From Blepharisma stoltei ATCC 30299 (lineage: Eukaryota; Protista; Ciliophora), in the NCBI GenBank assembly GCA_965603825.1, contig CBFDEM010000045.1, positions 62,001 through 126,000 of the forward strand: a stretch of DNA of 64,000 bases, read 5' to 3'. The notes under the pieces are model-generated. The model worked only from the letters and a program-made list of their open reading frames with translations. It searched no databases and was not told the origin of the DNA. The position numbers and the translations under genes were made by a program. This document shows, piece after piece, positions 1 through 13,150 of the stretch (position 1 is its first letter; every line of letters starts with the position of its first letter).

Positions 1-1620
1 CTGAATTTCTAAAACGATATATCTGCTTTTAAGATCAATAATTTCCTGAATCATTATATTGTTTGTGCCGTTAAATCCTAAAGGAACAACTCTGATTTTA
101 TTTAAAATTGTTAGGCCATATGAGTTAGTCTGATTGATGAACTGAGAATTGAAATCTCTTCCTCATTGTGAGTCTGAATATAATAGTGAGCACTTAGATA
201 TTCCAAAGATACTCAAAACTAAGGCTACTGCAGAAGATGTAATTGAATTTGGATAAGAAACTCTTAAATATTGAGGATAATATTTATGAATACTCATTTT
301 AATTGATGTTTCGGCGCCTAGAACTGGTATCGATACATTTATTGATTGAAAAAAATCGACAGTTTCTTCAGTAATCTTTGTATCTGCTTTTGGTAGATGA
401 AAATACCCTAAATCTGCTGTATGATTTAAAAAACAGCTATATACTGAATTATTATCAAAATCACAAGTGATATTGTTCATTATAATATGAAAATTTGGCA
501 ATAAAACTGCTTCACTTTTAATTGTTTCTACTGCAAAACTAGCACCATATTGGTTCACACTATTTTCTCCATTTATACTTATAGGAATTTTAATTTTTTC
601 GTTATTCGGGGCTTCATAAGTCTTTCCTGGAAACATCAATTTATCATACAGTTGCAACCCTTTTCCATTTATTAGTCCTACTGCTGCCAAACTCCCATCG
701 CTCTGTATATTTCAAATACTGCATGCAATTGTATCAATAGTAAAAATTTTCTGCACATATTTATTCAATGCATAAGCTGAATACGACCCTTGTATATTAT
801 TATCTGCAACAATTTGATATAGGAGCAAAGATGTATTATAAATTAATTTTTCAATAAAATCATGAAGTCCAGTGCTATGATAGGATCTTGCCTCAAATAA
901 AATTGAGCCTTTTAAATAAGCACTTCAGGCTGCTTCCTGCAAATAAATATAAGTATATCCTTCTTTGTCCATATCAGCTTCTACTAAGGCTTGCTGAATT
1001 AAATAAGAAATCGCTGCATTTGTTTGAAAGAAAAGCCATTTAACGCCAAATGGCTTGATTTCTCTTGAAATTAATGAAAAAATGTATTCGTAAGGGACTG
1101 ATTCAGGAATTGTGTATTGGGCTACAATTTCTATTCCTTTGTCATTAGTAAAATCCATCCCAATAAAATCACTTGTAATAATAGCGATTACTTTTGTGAT
1201 TCCATAGATTTTGGCAAAATTTATTGCAAAATCGCGGTATTGACTAAATGAATAGTCGGTATAGAAAACATAAGGTAAAGAATTTTCTGGTGTATTGCCA
1301 TAAATGAAGTGTATGAACCCATATTCTATTGCGTATTGGCTTACTAATGAAGACATGCTAAGAGACCAAGTTGAGTCATATACAAATAAATAGTCAGAAT
1401 TTGAAAAAGCTTGCTCTATATCTGAAACACCATTGATTTCAATAGCTTGATATTGATAAGGCCTAGATAAGTCGCAGCCTGCTAAATTGTTTAATGAGCA
1501 ATCCAAAGTCTTTACAAAATAGTCAATAATTCAGGTATCAGTGTTTTGACTATATAAAATAGGAATTGTAAAAATCTGACTCTTAACAGAGTATAGGAGC
1601 AGGCAAAAAAAAATAATCAT
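1..1620 (-). CDS. Receptor paralog R1 (5' part, runs off window): signal peptide + tandem Venus-flytrap/ANF-receptor-like domains
   Basis: ATG at 1620 (MIIFFCLLLYSVKSQ...). Track ORFs 925-1506 and 163-690 are in the same frame, and the gaps contain only TGA. Collinear with R4/R6; motif YYPQYLRVSYPNS. Confidence 0.88.
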
Positions 1621-1951
1621 TCAAAAGGAATAATAAATTATTAAATTAATTGCCAAAATTGTATTCAAAGAAAAGCTAAGCATAATTTTGAGTAAAATTT
1701 TAAAGAATTTGAAACAAAAGTATTTAGACATGCTAGAAATAATTTGGTGAAATTTATTAATCGTTTTAGAAAAAAATCGAATAATTATAATAATAGCAAA
1801 TAAAATAATAGAAAATTTTGAATATAAAGGATTGAATTATTAAGAATTAAAATTAATTTCTAATACATCAATTGAATTCTTTAAAAACATAATTATTGAT
1901 TATTTTATATCAAATATAGCCTATTGGATCTTTTTGGTCACAAGTTAAATA

Positions 1952-2027
1952 GCTTAGTAGCATAGCCAGTCTCCTATTACAGCAGTCTTCTATCTGAAAA
2001 ATAGGGGACTGGCTGCTGCCAGTAAGC
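1952..2027. repeat. GC-rich imperfect inverted repeat / hairpin
   Basis: agccagtctcctatt (1964-1978) pairs with aataggggactggct (2000-2014) with one G-T. Looser pairing extends out to gctta.../...taagc. Confidence 0.75.
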
Positions 2028-2102
2028 CAGTTTTATGGTGTATAAGCCTGATTATGCTTCCCAAATACTCCTTATTACCATTACTTGACTCATAAAATGA
2101 AC

Positions 2103-2212
2103 ATTTGAATTTAAAATATTATCATCTGGGATATTCCACCTTGATTGGTTGGGTTTGTTTATGATTTATTTCTTGCAAAAATATATTTTGCTGATTTTAA
2201 AATTCTTGCATC
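2103..2212 (-). pseudogene. Degenerate copy of the receptor C-terminal tail segment
   Basis: Aligns by eye with ~7560-7670 and ~22615-22725 (atcatctgggatatt...aaaatatattttgctgatttt...tgcatc). Confidence 0.7.
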
Positions 2213-2926
2213 CTGAATATACAAGATATGCTTTGATCTTGTAAAAGCCACATTAACCATTTTTCGTCTGATATAAAATTATAAGGGCTTGTTGCTACCG
2301 AAGAATAAATAATTGCATCTTTATCGTGGCCCTGAAATCCATTAACTGTATGGATAGAGTTTTTTTATTTATTTGGATCTTCTTGAGGAAAATATTTTTT
2401 AATTTCTTGTTATTGAGCTTTATAAGGTGTTATAATTCCGATTTCGGCATCTTGATTCATATTCTGAAGTTTCTGCACTACGACTTTGATCAGTCGGATT
2501 TCTTGGAAGTTTAATCGGCTGTATCCATGTAATAATTGTGAAGAATTGCTAAAATTTAAACAATCGATAAATGCTCTGACGTTTTCATCTATTCATTAAG
2601 TTATTATAGAGAAGCTTTCATAAAACTTAAAAAAAACGTTTCACATCACTTTTTCGCATCAGCCCCTTGCTCGTCAATCTGATTCAAAAGTGTAAGGCTT
2701 AAGATACTTCATCCAGTGCAAGATCTACAGGCATTTCTTCTTCAGTTTCGTGGGGTGCAATATAGTGACTAATAATTCTAGACAAGAAGCGGCATTAAAT
2801 ATGATAAGAGTGCTAGAAAAGACAAATTCCATAAAATTGAGAGAGTAATCCCTATTAATAAAGAAGATTTTATCGGTATCTGCATAATCATTTGTAGCGA
2901 TAGCTGCCTTTATTGTTATATCACAG
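2213..2926 (-). pseudogene. Fragment of a superfamily-1 (UPF1/DNA2/NAM7-like) helicase, C-terminal AAA_12 region
   Basis: Minus-strand translation reads AFIDC...NFQEIRLIKVVVQKL...EIGIITPYKAQ*...HTVNGFQGHDKDAIIYSSV...FISDEK/VNVAFTRSKHILYI. It has in-frame TAA stops and a frameshift. Confidence 0.8.
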
Positions 2927-5259
2927 CCTGGGTGATTGGAATTACTTTGTGATAAATTTGTAGCAAAAATATATTTTGCTGACTTTGCAATTCCTGCATC
3001 TTCAGGATTAATTGAAAACAGCTGAAATCTAAACAATTGATAAATACTATGACCTTTTTCAGTTTCCAATAGTGAAGGCAAATATAATTTTTGATAAATA
3101 GCACCAAGCGCAACGAATAGAGCCCATCCTAGGACAAGAACAACTAACGCAGAAACATCATCAAGTTTCGCTAATGCGCAACAAATTCAAAGCATTAGAC
3201 TGCAAAACAAAAATATTATATACCACAACGAAGCTCTATCGTAGTTTAAAGGCCGTCTTAATATAGAAACTATTATATAAGCCGATAATACTCCAATACC
3301 CAGCCCAAGGAAAATATTTTCAGATGCAGGCTGAACTATAGTGGAAAGCCCAATTAAAATAATTTGTGTAAAAGTTTTTACTGCACAATGAAAAGGCTGA
3401 TCTTTAAAATGAAATGGTAGATCATCTTTTCATGTAAATCTAAGATATAAACTTGCTGGAGTAAATAAGAAAATGCCTATTGCAGAAAAAATGACGTAAT
3501 ATATATGATCGCCTTGCCAACAAAATGTGGAGCAGTATTGATTATGGAAACTATCCGTAAAATCATTGCCAATGCTACTTGTGCACTGAAAAGTTTCAAA
3601 TAAATATAGAAGAACAGGCAAAAATAATATATCCCCAAGTGGAGGCAAAATATATCGATTGAAGGCATTAATGGTTTCTAATATTAAGTTTTGAGATCTA
3701 TTACCTATTTTGGATTTTTTTCACAATAATAAAATACATCATGCAAAAGCTAAGGCTGTATAAAGCTGAATTTGGTTCCAAAATGTGAATAAGCCTGGTT
3801 TAAAAATCCCTCTTATATCTAGGATTGTTAATTTCGTAGCTTTTGACCACCTTGGAAAAAATTCTTCAAAACTTGGCCCTATTTGCATATATTGTAAACT
3901 TTCTATTAAGAAAATTAAATAAGAAATAATATCAAGGAAATTTTCCTTTTGTATTGTAATCAGTTTTGGGTATTTTCTTTTGAAAATAAATTTATAATAT
4001 TTTACTGCAAAAGCAATTATAATAATCATTGGAATTATTTCAACAATAATCATTACGAAATAGCCATAGAGAAATGACTGCACAAGAATGTCTCTGAATG
4101 GGCATTCCTGATCATCTCCTATTATGTCACTTGGAGCCCCACCATCTGTTTTTCAAGATATGGATTGCTTAATTTGAAGTACGATAAGTTGACTTGGATC
4201 ATAAAGTCCGCAAAGATTCATTGTCCAGGTTGAATTAACTTCTATTAAGTTATAAATCCCTAAAACTATCGTAAGTCTATCATTGTTTTCTTGACTAATT
4301 CTTACAACTCCAGAACAACCTGTAAAAGCTACTTGTCTCATGGATTCTTGAATAGTAGAACTATTCACGTTAACGCCTCAATTTATTAGTGCATCTATCG
4401 TATATAAACCGAGATAGGCTGCGTCATAAAATAAGCACATATAATCATTTATATAATCATACTTAGATAAGATCTCACTTTTTAGATCAAACCCATTTTG
4501 ACTTTGAAAGGCCAAGAAGCTAATATAAATAAGCCCGCTCATAATTTCTTTTCTTTTATTATAAGATTTGCTGCCAATTATGCTTTCATCTAAATCAGAA
4601 ACACTTATCATCCCATCTCCTATAATTAAATAAATATCGCCTTCTCGCATTCCTAAATCATAAAATGCTTCAATTATGTACAAAATATCAGGCCAACGCA
4701 CTTCTAAAATGACATATCTGGTTTTGAGATCAATAATTTCCTGGATCATTTGTTTATCATTCCCATTAAACCCGATAGGAATATTTCTGTTTTTGTTTAA
4801 AATTTTTATGCCATAAGAATCAGTCTGGTTTATGAACTGGTCTCGAAAATCCCTTCCCCATTGTGAGTCTGAATGTAATAAAGAGCATTTTGAAATTCCG
4901 AAAACACTTAAAATCAAGGCAGCAGCTGAAGCTGTGCGTGAGTTTGGATAAGAAACTCTTGAATATTGAGGATAATAATCAAGACTGCTAAGTATTGTTG
5001 ATGTTTGGACGCCTATAACTGGTGTTGAAATATTATTTTCTTGAAAAATTTGCATTGTCTTCAAAGTTGGTGTAGTTTCTAATCTTGGGATGTGAAAATA
5101 ACCTAAATCTTCTATATGATCCAATAAGCAATTAAGTGATGAATTATTTCCTTCATATTCACAATCTGTGATATTATAATCCACAATATCAAAATTAGCA
5201 AGTAATTCTCCTTTGGCTTTAATTTCATTTATAGCTAAAGTATCCTGAATATGATCCAT
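2725..5259 (-). CDS. Receptor paralog R2, downstream part (R2b): second flytrap domain + ~9-TM module, C-terminus replaced by helicase-derived sequence
   Basis: ORFs 4378-5259, 4153-4368, 3739-4083, 3430-3648 and 2725-3081 share one frame, separated by TGA. Out of frame with R2a; expression status unknown. Confidence 0.7.
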
Positions 5260-6085
5260 GGACTGGATTATCAGCTAGCAAGCCACCAACAATTACTGAT
5301 CCTCAATATACCAGGTTATCAATATAGTTAAAAATATCAGTGCTGTGAAACCATTTCCCTTCTAATAGCATTGATCCTTCTATATAAGCCGATCAAGCCG
5401 CTTCTTGCATATAAATATACAAATAGTCTTCTTTATTCATATCGGCCTCAACCAATGCTTTCTGGATTAATTTCGAAATTTCTGGATTTGTTTTGAAATA
5501 AAACAATTTAACGCCGAATAGTTTAAGTTTTTTTGAAAATAATCAAATAATATACTCGTAAGTAGCTGCTTGAGATATTATTAACTGGGCTACTATTTCA
5601 ACTCCTTCATTATTCGAAAAATCCATTTCAGAAAATTCGCTACTGATAATCGCGATTGCTTTTTCAATTTTATAAGTTTTTGCAATAGATAAAGCTGCAT
5701 TAACATAAGATTTATAAGAATAATCTGTGTAAAACACATATGGCAAAGTTTTTTCAGAGGCATAGCCTATAATAAGCTGAAGAAATCCTAATTTTCTTGC
5801 GTATTCGTTTATTAGTGTTGTCAGCCCGAGTGAAGCACACCCATCATACATGACAATAGTGTCTGAGCCCATAAAAATGCTGTCTAGGTCGGATGAGTCT
5901 GATACCTCATAAACCTTGAACCGAAATTGGGAGGCAATTTTACATCTTTCATCATTTAAATCTGAACAGTCCAAAGTACTCTTAAAATAATTGACCATAA
6001 AAGGTGAAGTGTATTGGCTGTAAAGAACAGGGACAATAGTAAATTGGCTAGCAGCTATCCCAATAATTACAAAAAATTTGATCAT
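5219..6085 (-). CDS. Receptor paralog R2, upstream part (R2a): signal peptide + first flytrap domain only, 288 aa
   Basis: ATG at 6085. Open with TGA=Trp to TAA at 5219-5221, which is reached just after a ~250-bp deletion relative to the intact paralogs. Confidence 0.7.
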
Positions 6086-9000
6086 TCCAGCTAATATTAG
6101 ATATTAAAATGTAACAAAACAGCTAATGCTGACATCGAATTTTAGGAGTTTATCATATATAGAGCATTTTTAATTTTTATTAAATATAGCAGAGCATACT
6201 GTACAGTACACTTAAAGCTTAGATAAAAAATATTAATCTATATAAATTAAGCAATTAAGAAAGCCTTTTATATTTAAATTATATAAAGGCGATCTGTTCA
6301 TATTTATTTAATTATTATAGTTGATTATAAAATTCTATTAAGCAAACTTCTAAAAAAACTCTTTCTCCTCTCCCAAATATTAGCGATATAGGGTGTGCAC
6401 TCTTTAGTGTGCTCAATGTATCGTTATTTTGTCTATTCCTAAATTTATAATGGAATAATTATCCAAGTTTAATATTTTTATAAAAAGTTAAAAGTATTCT
6501 TCATCTTGATTAATTATAAAAAAATTAAATTATTTTAATTTTAATTTTAATTCAATGTTTATTTACAAATTCGAGCTTTCTGTAAAAGAAATAATAATTA
6601 TATTAATCATACCCATATGGAGTTCTATTCATATTATTCATATAGATTTTTTTATCGGACTTAGTAAGTTTATAATTAAATCACTATCTAGCAGCTGTGA
6701 ATCTTTTTAATCACGAGACTAATTAATAGTGACATAAAATTTCTAAATATTTAATCAAGGATGCTTTTGATGCATTTTATCTCAGATCTAGCCTTGATTA
6801 TAAATTAATAGAATATTTTATAGAAAAGAAAAGATAATCTATTTTAAGGTTTGGCGAGGATATTGTTTTTAGATGTGATGACGGATCATTTAAGGAGATT
6901 ATTATGCATATTCTGTCTACATTAAATTATTAATAGTCTCATAAAATAATAAAATAAATGTTCTCTGAGTTTGCTTTGATTTCCTAATAGAAGAAAATTG
7001 GCTAAAGTTGCTTGATTCGACTTTGCATCTGATTATTTTTTAATTTTTTAAAAGCATCAGGGTTTGCATTTTGGGGATCATAAAAATCAACATGCAAGAT
7101 TTTATTATGATGATCGTCGAAAACAAATTCAATCTAATTTCTTTTCTATAAGAATTCTTCTACTTTTGAATATTATATGAGTATTAAGCATGGCCAAGCG
7201 GTTTATTTGAACTTTTTTGGGCTTATAAATTATGCTGAATGCATTTAACAGCTGAAAATGCATTGCCTGGAAATCCTGATTTTATTGGAAGATGAATTTA
7301 CGATAGCCCAATCGGTTGTGGTTAGGAGTGCATTGGATATGAATTAGGTTTATGTCTTCAAATATCTCAATTCAGTGGCTTTTATATCAATTTCAATGAT
7401 ATTAGTCTTAATAATTTATGCATTTTAAATTCTTTAACTATCGATTATTTAAATTATTTTTCAAATATTACTTTTGAGTGGTGCCATAATTGAAAGAGCT
7501 TGAATTATTTTCACTGTATAACTCCGCATTGCTGTTACATTGCTCCTCAAGCTGAATATTTGATTTGAAAATATTCTCATCTGGGATATTCAAACCTGCA
7601 TGATTGGAATTACTTTGTGATAAATTTGCAGAAAAAATATATTTTACTGATTTTGCAATTCCTGCATCTTCAGGTTTAATTGAAAACAGCTGAAATCTAA
7701 ATAATTGATAAATACTATTACCTTTTTCAGTTTCCAATAGTGAAGGCAAATATAATTTTTGATAAATAGCACCAAGCGCGACTAATAAAGTCCATCCTAG
7801 AACAAGAACAATTAACGCAGAGTTCTCATCGAGTCTCGCTAATGCGTAACAAATTCAAAGCATTAGACTGCAAAACAAAAATATTATATATCACATCGAA
7901 GCTCTATCATAGTTTAAAGGCCGTCTCAAAATAGAAACTATTATATAAGCCGATAATACTCCAATACCCAGCCCAAGGAAAATATCTTCTGATGCAGGCT
8001 GAACTATAGTGGAAAGCCCAACTAAAATCATTTCTGTAAGCGTTCTTACTGCACAATGAAAAGGCTGATCTTTAATATGAAATGGTAGATCATCTTTTCA
8101 TGTAAATCTAAGATATAAACTTGCTGGAGTAAATAAGAAAATGCCTATTGCAGAAAAAATGACATAATATATATGATCGCCTTGCCAGCAAAATGTGGAG
8201 CAGTATTGATTATGGAAACTATCCGTAAAATCATTGCCAATGCTACTTGTGCATTGAAAAGTTTCAAATAAATATATTAGAACAGGCAAAAATAATAAAT
8301 CCCCAAGTGGAGGCAAAATATATCGATTGAAGGCATTAATGGTTTCTAATATTAAGTTTTGAGATCTATTGCCTATATTGGATTTTTTTCATAATAATAA
8401 AATGCATCATGCAAAGGCTAAGGCTATATAGAGCTGAATTTGGTTCCAAAATGTGAATAAGCCTGGTTTAAAAATCCCTCTTATATCAAGCATTGTTAAT
8501 TTAATAGCTTTTGATAACTTCGGAAGCAATTTTTCAAAACTTGGCCCTACTTGCATGTATTGCAAACTTTCTATTAAGAAAATTAAATAAGAAATAGTGT
8601 CAAGTAAATTTTCTTTTTGCATTGTAGCAAATTTTAGGTATTTTATTTTTAAAATAAATCCATAATATTTTACTGCGAAAACAATTACAATAATCATTGG
8701 AATTATTTCAACGATAATCAATATGAAATATCCATAGAGAAATGACTGCACAAGAATATCTCTGAATGGACATTCTTGATCATCTCCTATTATGTCACTT
8801 GGAACCCCACCATCTGTTTTTCAAGATATGGATTGCTTAATTTGAAGCACGATAAGCTGACTTGGATCATAAAGTCCGCAAAGATTCATTGTCCAGGTTG
8901 AATTAACTTCTATTAAGTTATAAATCCCTAAAACGATCGTAAGTCTATCATTGCTTTCTTGACTAACTCTTGCAACTCCAGAACAGCCTGTAAAAGCTAC

Positions 9001-9831
9001 TTGTCTCATAGATTCTTGAATAGTAGAACTATTCACGTTAACGCCTCAATTTATTAATGCATCTATCTTATATAAACCGAGATAGGCTGCGTCATAAAAT
9101 AAGCACATATAATCATTTATATAATCATATTTAGATAAAATCTCGCTTTTTAGATCAAACCCAATTTGGTTTTGAAAGGATAAGAAGCTAATATAAATAA
9201 GCCCGCTCATAATTTCTTTTCTTTTTTTATAAGATTTGCTACCAATTATGTTTTCATCTAAATCAGAAACACTTATCATCCTATCGCCTACAACTAAATA
9301 AATATCGCCTTCTCGCATTCCTAAATCATAAAATGCTTCCATTATATGCAAAATATCAGGTCAACGCACTTCTAAAATGACATATCTGGTTTTGAGATCA
9401 ATAATTTCCTGGATCATTTTTTTATTATTCCCATTAAACCCGATAGGAATATTTCTGTTTTTGTTTAAAATTTTTATGCCATAAGAATCAGTCTGGTTTA
9501 TGAACTGGTCTCGAAAATCCCTTCCCCATTGTGAATCTGAATGAATAAAGAGCATTTGGAAATTCTGAAAACACTTAAAATCAAGGCAGCGGCTGAAGCT
9601 GTGCGTGAGTTTGGATAAGAAACTCTTGCATATTGAGGATAATACTCAAGACTGCTAAGTATTGTTGATGTTTGGACGCCTATAACTGGTGTTGAAATAT
9701 CATTTTCTTGAAAAATTTGCATTGTCTTTAAAGTTGGTGCAGTTTCTAATCTTGGGATGTGAAAATAGCCTAAATCAGCTATATGATCCAATAAGCAACT
9801 AAGTGATGAATTATTTTCTACATTTTCCATT

Positions 9832-10793
9832 ATGGACCTGCAGAAAAAGAAAACAGTCGTGCTCAAAGCTGCCCATGATGCGGAGATCCAGCTCTTGGGA
9901 TTAAGCGAACACGGGACGTTTTATGGATTTGCATCTCCGAACCAAATGTTGCCAGAAATTAACGAATCACTCTTTCTACAGAATTCTCTTAAGATATATT
10001 TATCCAAATACAACACCAAGGAGGATCGTGACGAGAAAAGAGAGCTTTATATAGCGTTCATAGTAGCATTAGAGATGAGTACAAGACCAGAGACGTTATG
10101 AGATGCAGGCAGCTTCCATCAGGTGATGCAATTGCGGTCTTCACTAATGAGAAGATGAGGAAGCAGCTACTCGAGCAGGGAAGGATAGTGATCCAGCAAG
10201 GAAACCAAAAGGTAAATGTGCCGGTTGGGCCAGTTGGAAGAGAAGGGGAAATCAATTATGCCAGATATCTAATACAGGTGACTTTACCAGCGGAAGTAGG
10301 CATAGAAGCTGTAACAGAAGCATTGACTAACAAATGCAAAATTGTGGAGATTATTGTCGATAACACCATAAGGAATATGAGCACTTGATATGCAGTTCAA
10401 TTTAGCCCAGAATCCAAATACAAGATCTACGGAGGATTCCGGAGGTTGGGAGATGCAATCGATTTGCCAGAAGAGATCATCATAAGAGGGAAGAGAATCT
10501 ACCTTAACCATGCAGTATCACTATACTGTGAGACATGCGGACAAATTGGCCAAAACAGCGAAGGGCAAATAAAGATAGAACAAAGGAGGCAAGAAAGGAT
10601 AAAAATTGATTGTATCAAGAGGAAGAAGAAGGAGGAAGAAAAGAAAAAGTGCGTGGCAACTGCTGCGGATACTTTAGCCCTTAGAATGAAATTAGAAGAG
10701 GATAAGCATAATAACTCTACATATGATAAGCTTTGAAGAGAAGAAAAAGGAAAATCAGGAAATACAGGTAAAGGAGGACACTTATGGGCCTAG
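9832..10793 (+). pseudogene. LINE ORF1 (gag-like), frameshifted near 10095
   Basis: 10098-10793 is open with TGA=Trp. Degenerate knuckle CETCGQIGQNSEG. Homologous to the ORF at 39957-40676. Confidence 0.7.
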
Positions 10794-13150
10794 AAAAAGA
10801 ACACCGATTGAGTCAGGGATGGATGTCCTGGCGACGAAGAGAGCCAGAAGAGCGGAAAATAAGGTGATAACGATCGCCCATGTCAATGCGCATGGAATCA
10901 AGCAGAAGAAACAACAAATAAAGCAGTTTTTAGAGGACACAAATGCAGAAATACTAGGAGCCAGCGAAACTCACTGCTCTGAAACAGATTTACTACCATC
11001 GATAGACGGATATAGTTGGCTACACAATCCAGGGTCAGAAAGAAGTTCTGGGGTAGGAATACTGTTTAAAAAGAGGCTAGTTACAGGAGAAACAAAACTG
11101 TTTATGAAAGGGAGAATTGTAGGGATATCAATAGCAAATCTCACAGTGATAGAAGCATACTCTCCTGTTGAGGGAGATGGAGAGACATTGGAGCAATTCT
11201 ATGAAGGTATTAATGAAGCACTGGCATGAGGAAGGGAAAGGAAAGAACAGTTGATAATAATAGGGGATTTGAATGCCCATGTAGAAGGCTGATGATCAGA
11301 AAAGACTAACGAGAACGGGTACAGAGTAAAAAGACTCTGCAAAGAATGAGGGTTAGAATTGCTAAAATTGGACGAGCCCACGCATCTGCACTCCAGTGGA
11401 TCGACGTTTTGTCTAGACTACTGCGCTGCTGACTGAGGCGTAATCGGGAGAGTTATAGACTTCGGATGCAGCAAAAACAACCCAATAGGATCAGACCACC
11501 TGCCTATAACCCTTAAATTATGAGAAAGATGAGAAAAAGAAAGAATGCAATTTGTCCGAAAACTCAGGATAGACAGACTGCGAAGCCCAGTGTACCTTAA
11601 AGTTTTCCAGGATGATGTAAACTATGATTTGAAGAGGCTAGATTAGAATATTGCTTGCATGAAAATAAAAAGATAAGATGTGTTTTTTTGGACATAAGCA
11701 AAGCGTTTGATTCAATGAGACATAGAGATCTGTATGAAACCATGATGAAAAGAGATATATCATCAGATACACTACTCATGCTGAAGGCGATGTATAAGGA
11801 GTGCAGTAGCAAAATCATTATGGATGAGCACCTTTCTAAACCTATTCGAATATGCAAAGGAGTCAGACAAGGTGGAAGCTCTTCTCCTATATGTTTTAAC
11901 TTCGTCCCAAATGAGCTAGCCTGAAGGATCAACGAAATAAATATAGGAATTAGCATAGGAGATGCACAACAGAAAGATTAGGAATACTCCTTTACGCGGA
12001 CGATATAGTTTTGATAGCACATAGTAGAAAAGATCTACAGACCCTATGCAATGCATGCGAACAATGAGCTGAAAGTTATTCTCTTAGGATCAACTACGAA
12101 AAATCAGTAGCAGTGGACTACTCCAAAAAAGCTAAAGAGTTGAAGATTATGATTGGGGGGAAGCTGCTGAAGCAAGAAGCTGAGTTTAAATATCTTGGTA
12201 AAATGATAGGCACAAAGAAGTGTCAACGGAGCGACTCAAAAAGGACACTTGAAAAAGCATATGCGGCATGCAGATCCACTAAAGCTATACTATCCATGAT
12301 GAGGAATAGTAAAATTTCAAAAAAAGCAGTCATAGCCCAAGCGTGCATAGACACAGTAGCACTATACTCTAAAGAATGCAATTAAGTAGGATGGAAGGCA
12401 GCTGAGATGCTAAAAGCAGAAAAAGCCAGAATGGCGATAGCAAGATACATACTTAAGGTCCACAAGGGATTGCAAGAGAGACTTCTATGCTGGACTTAGG
12501 ATGGCTAAGCCTGGAACACCTGACAAAAAAGCGCACACTGATGTTCAAGAAAAAGATGCTAGACTCCAAAGATTCACTGACAATGAAGCTCCGAGAGATC
12601 AACGAGATATGCAATCTGCCTTGAGAGAATAGATGCAAAGAATTCATGAAAGAACTGGGGCTTGAACTATACAATGACCGCATTATCGAACGGACTGGAT
12701 TAAAAGATTGAAAAGAGCTAATAGATAGGGCAGCCAGCGAGAGCAATTTAAGAGGAGCAATGAGACGACTTAAGGAGGAAACATATAGGACAACGGAGAT
12801 ATACAGTTGAGCAAGGAGAGGCACAAAGCAGACATATATGTCTACATATTTAATGGTAAATTCAGATATGCACTCTGCGATTGGAACCATTTTCAGGCTC
12901 AGGGCTGGATTTAATAATTGCAAGGGTAATGCGTTTATAAGGCATCTAACTGACAACCCAGCATGTTGTGAGTGTGAAATCACTGAAACGGAAGAGCACA
13001 TGTTTGGCAATATCCTCGATATGGTAAAATGAGAGAAAAACTAAAAAGGAAACTGGAAATTGGAGAAAGAGAGCTGGCAAATATTGGGCTATTGGGCGTT
13101 TTGCTATACAGCGAAGAATTTGAAGCAGTTATCAGGCACTGAAGAAATAC
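10723..13150 (+). pseudogene. LINE ORF2 (endonuclease-reverse transcriptase) with frameshifts, stops and an internal deletion near 11645
   Basis: EN frame open 10723-11646 with TGA=Trp. RT core follows from 11655 in changing frames; TAA at 12383-12385. End coordinate approximate. Confidence 0.88.

Noticed and set aside
5275-5290. 16-nt GT-AG segment (gttggtggcttgctag) that would restore the R2 frame
   Set aside because: It is GC-rich, lacks a GTA start and branch A, and the AG is absent in R3, which has the same frameshift.
6840-7250. Possible decayed coding sequence between R2 and R3
   Set aside because: No sustained frame or recognisable motif.
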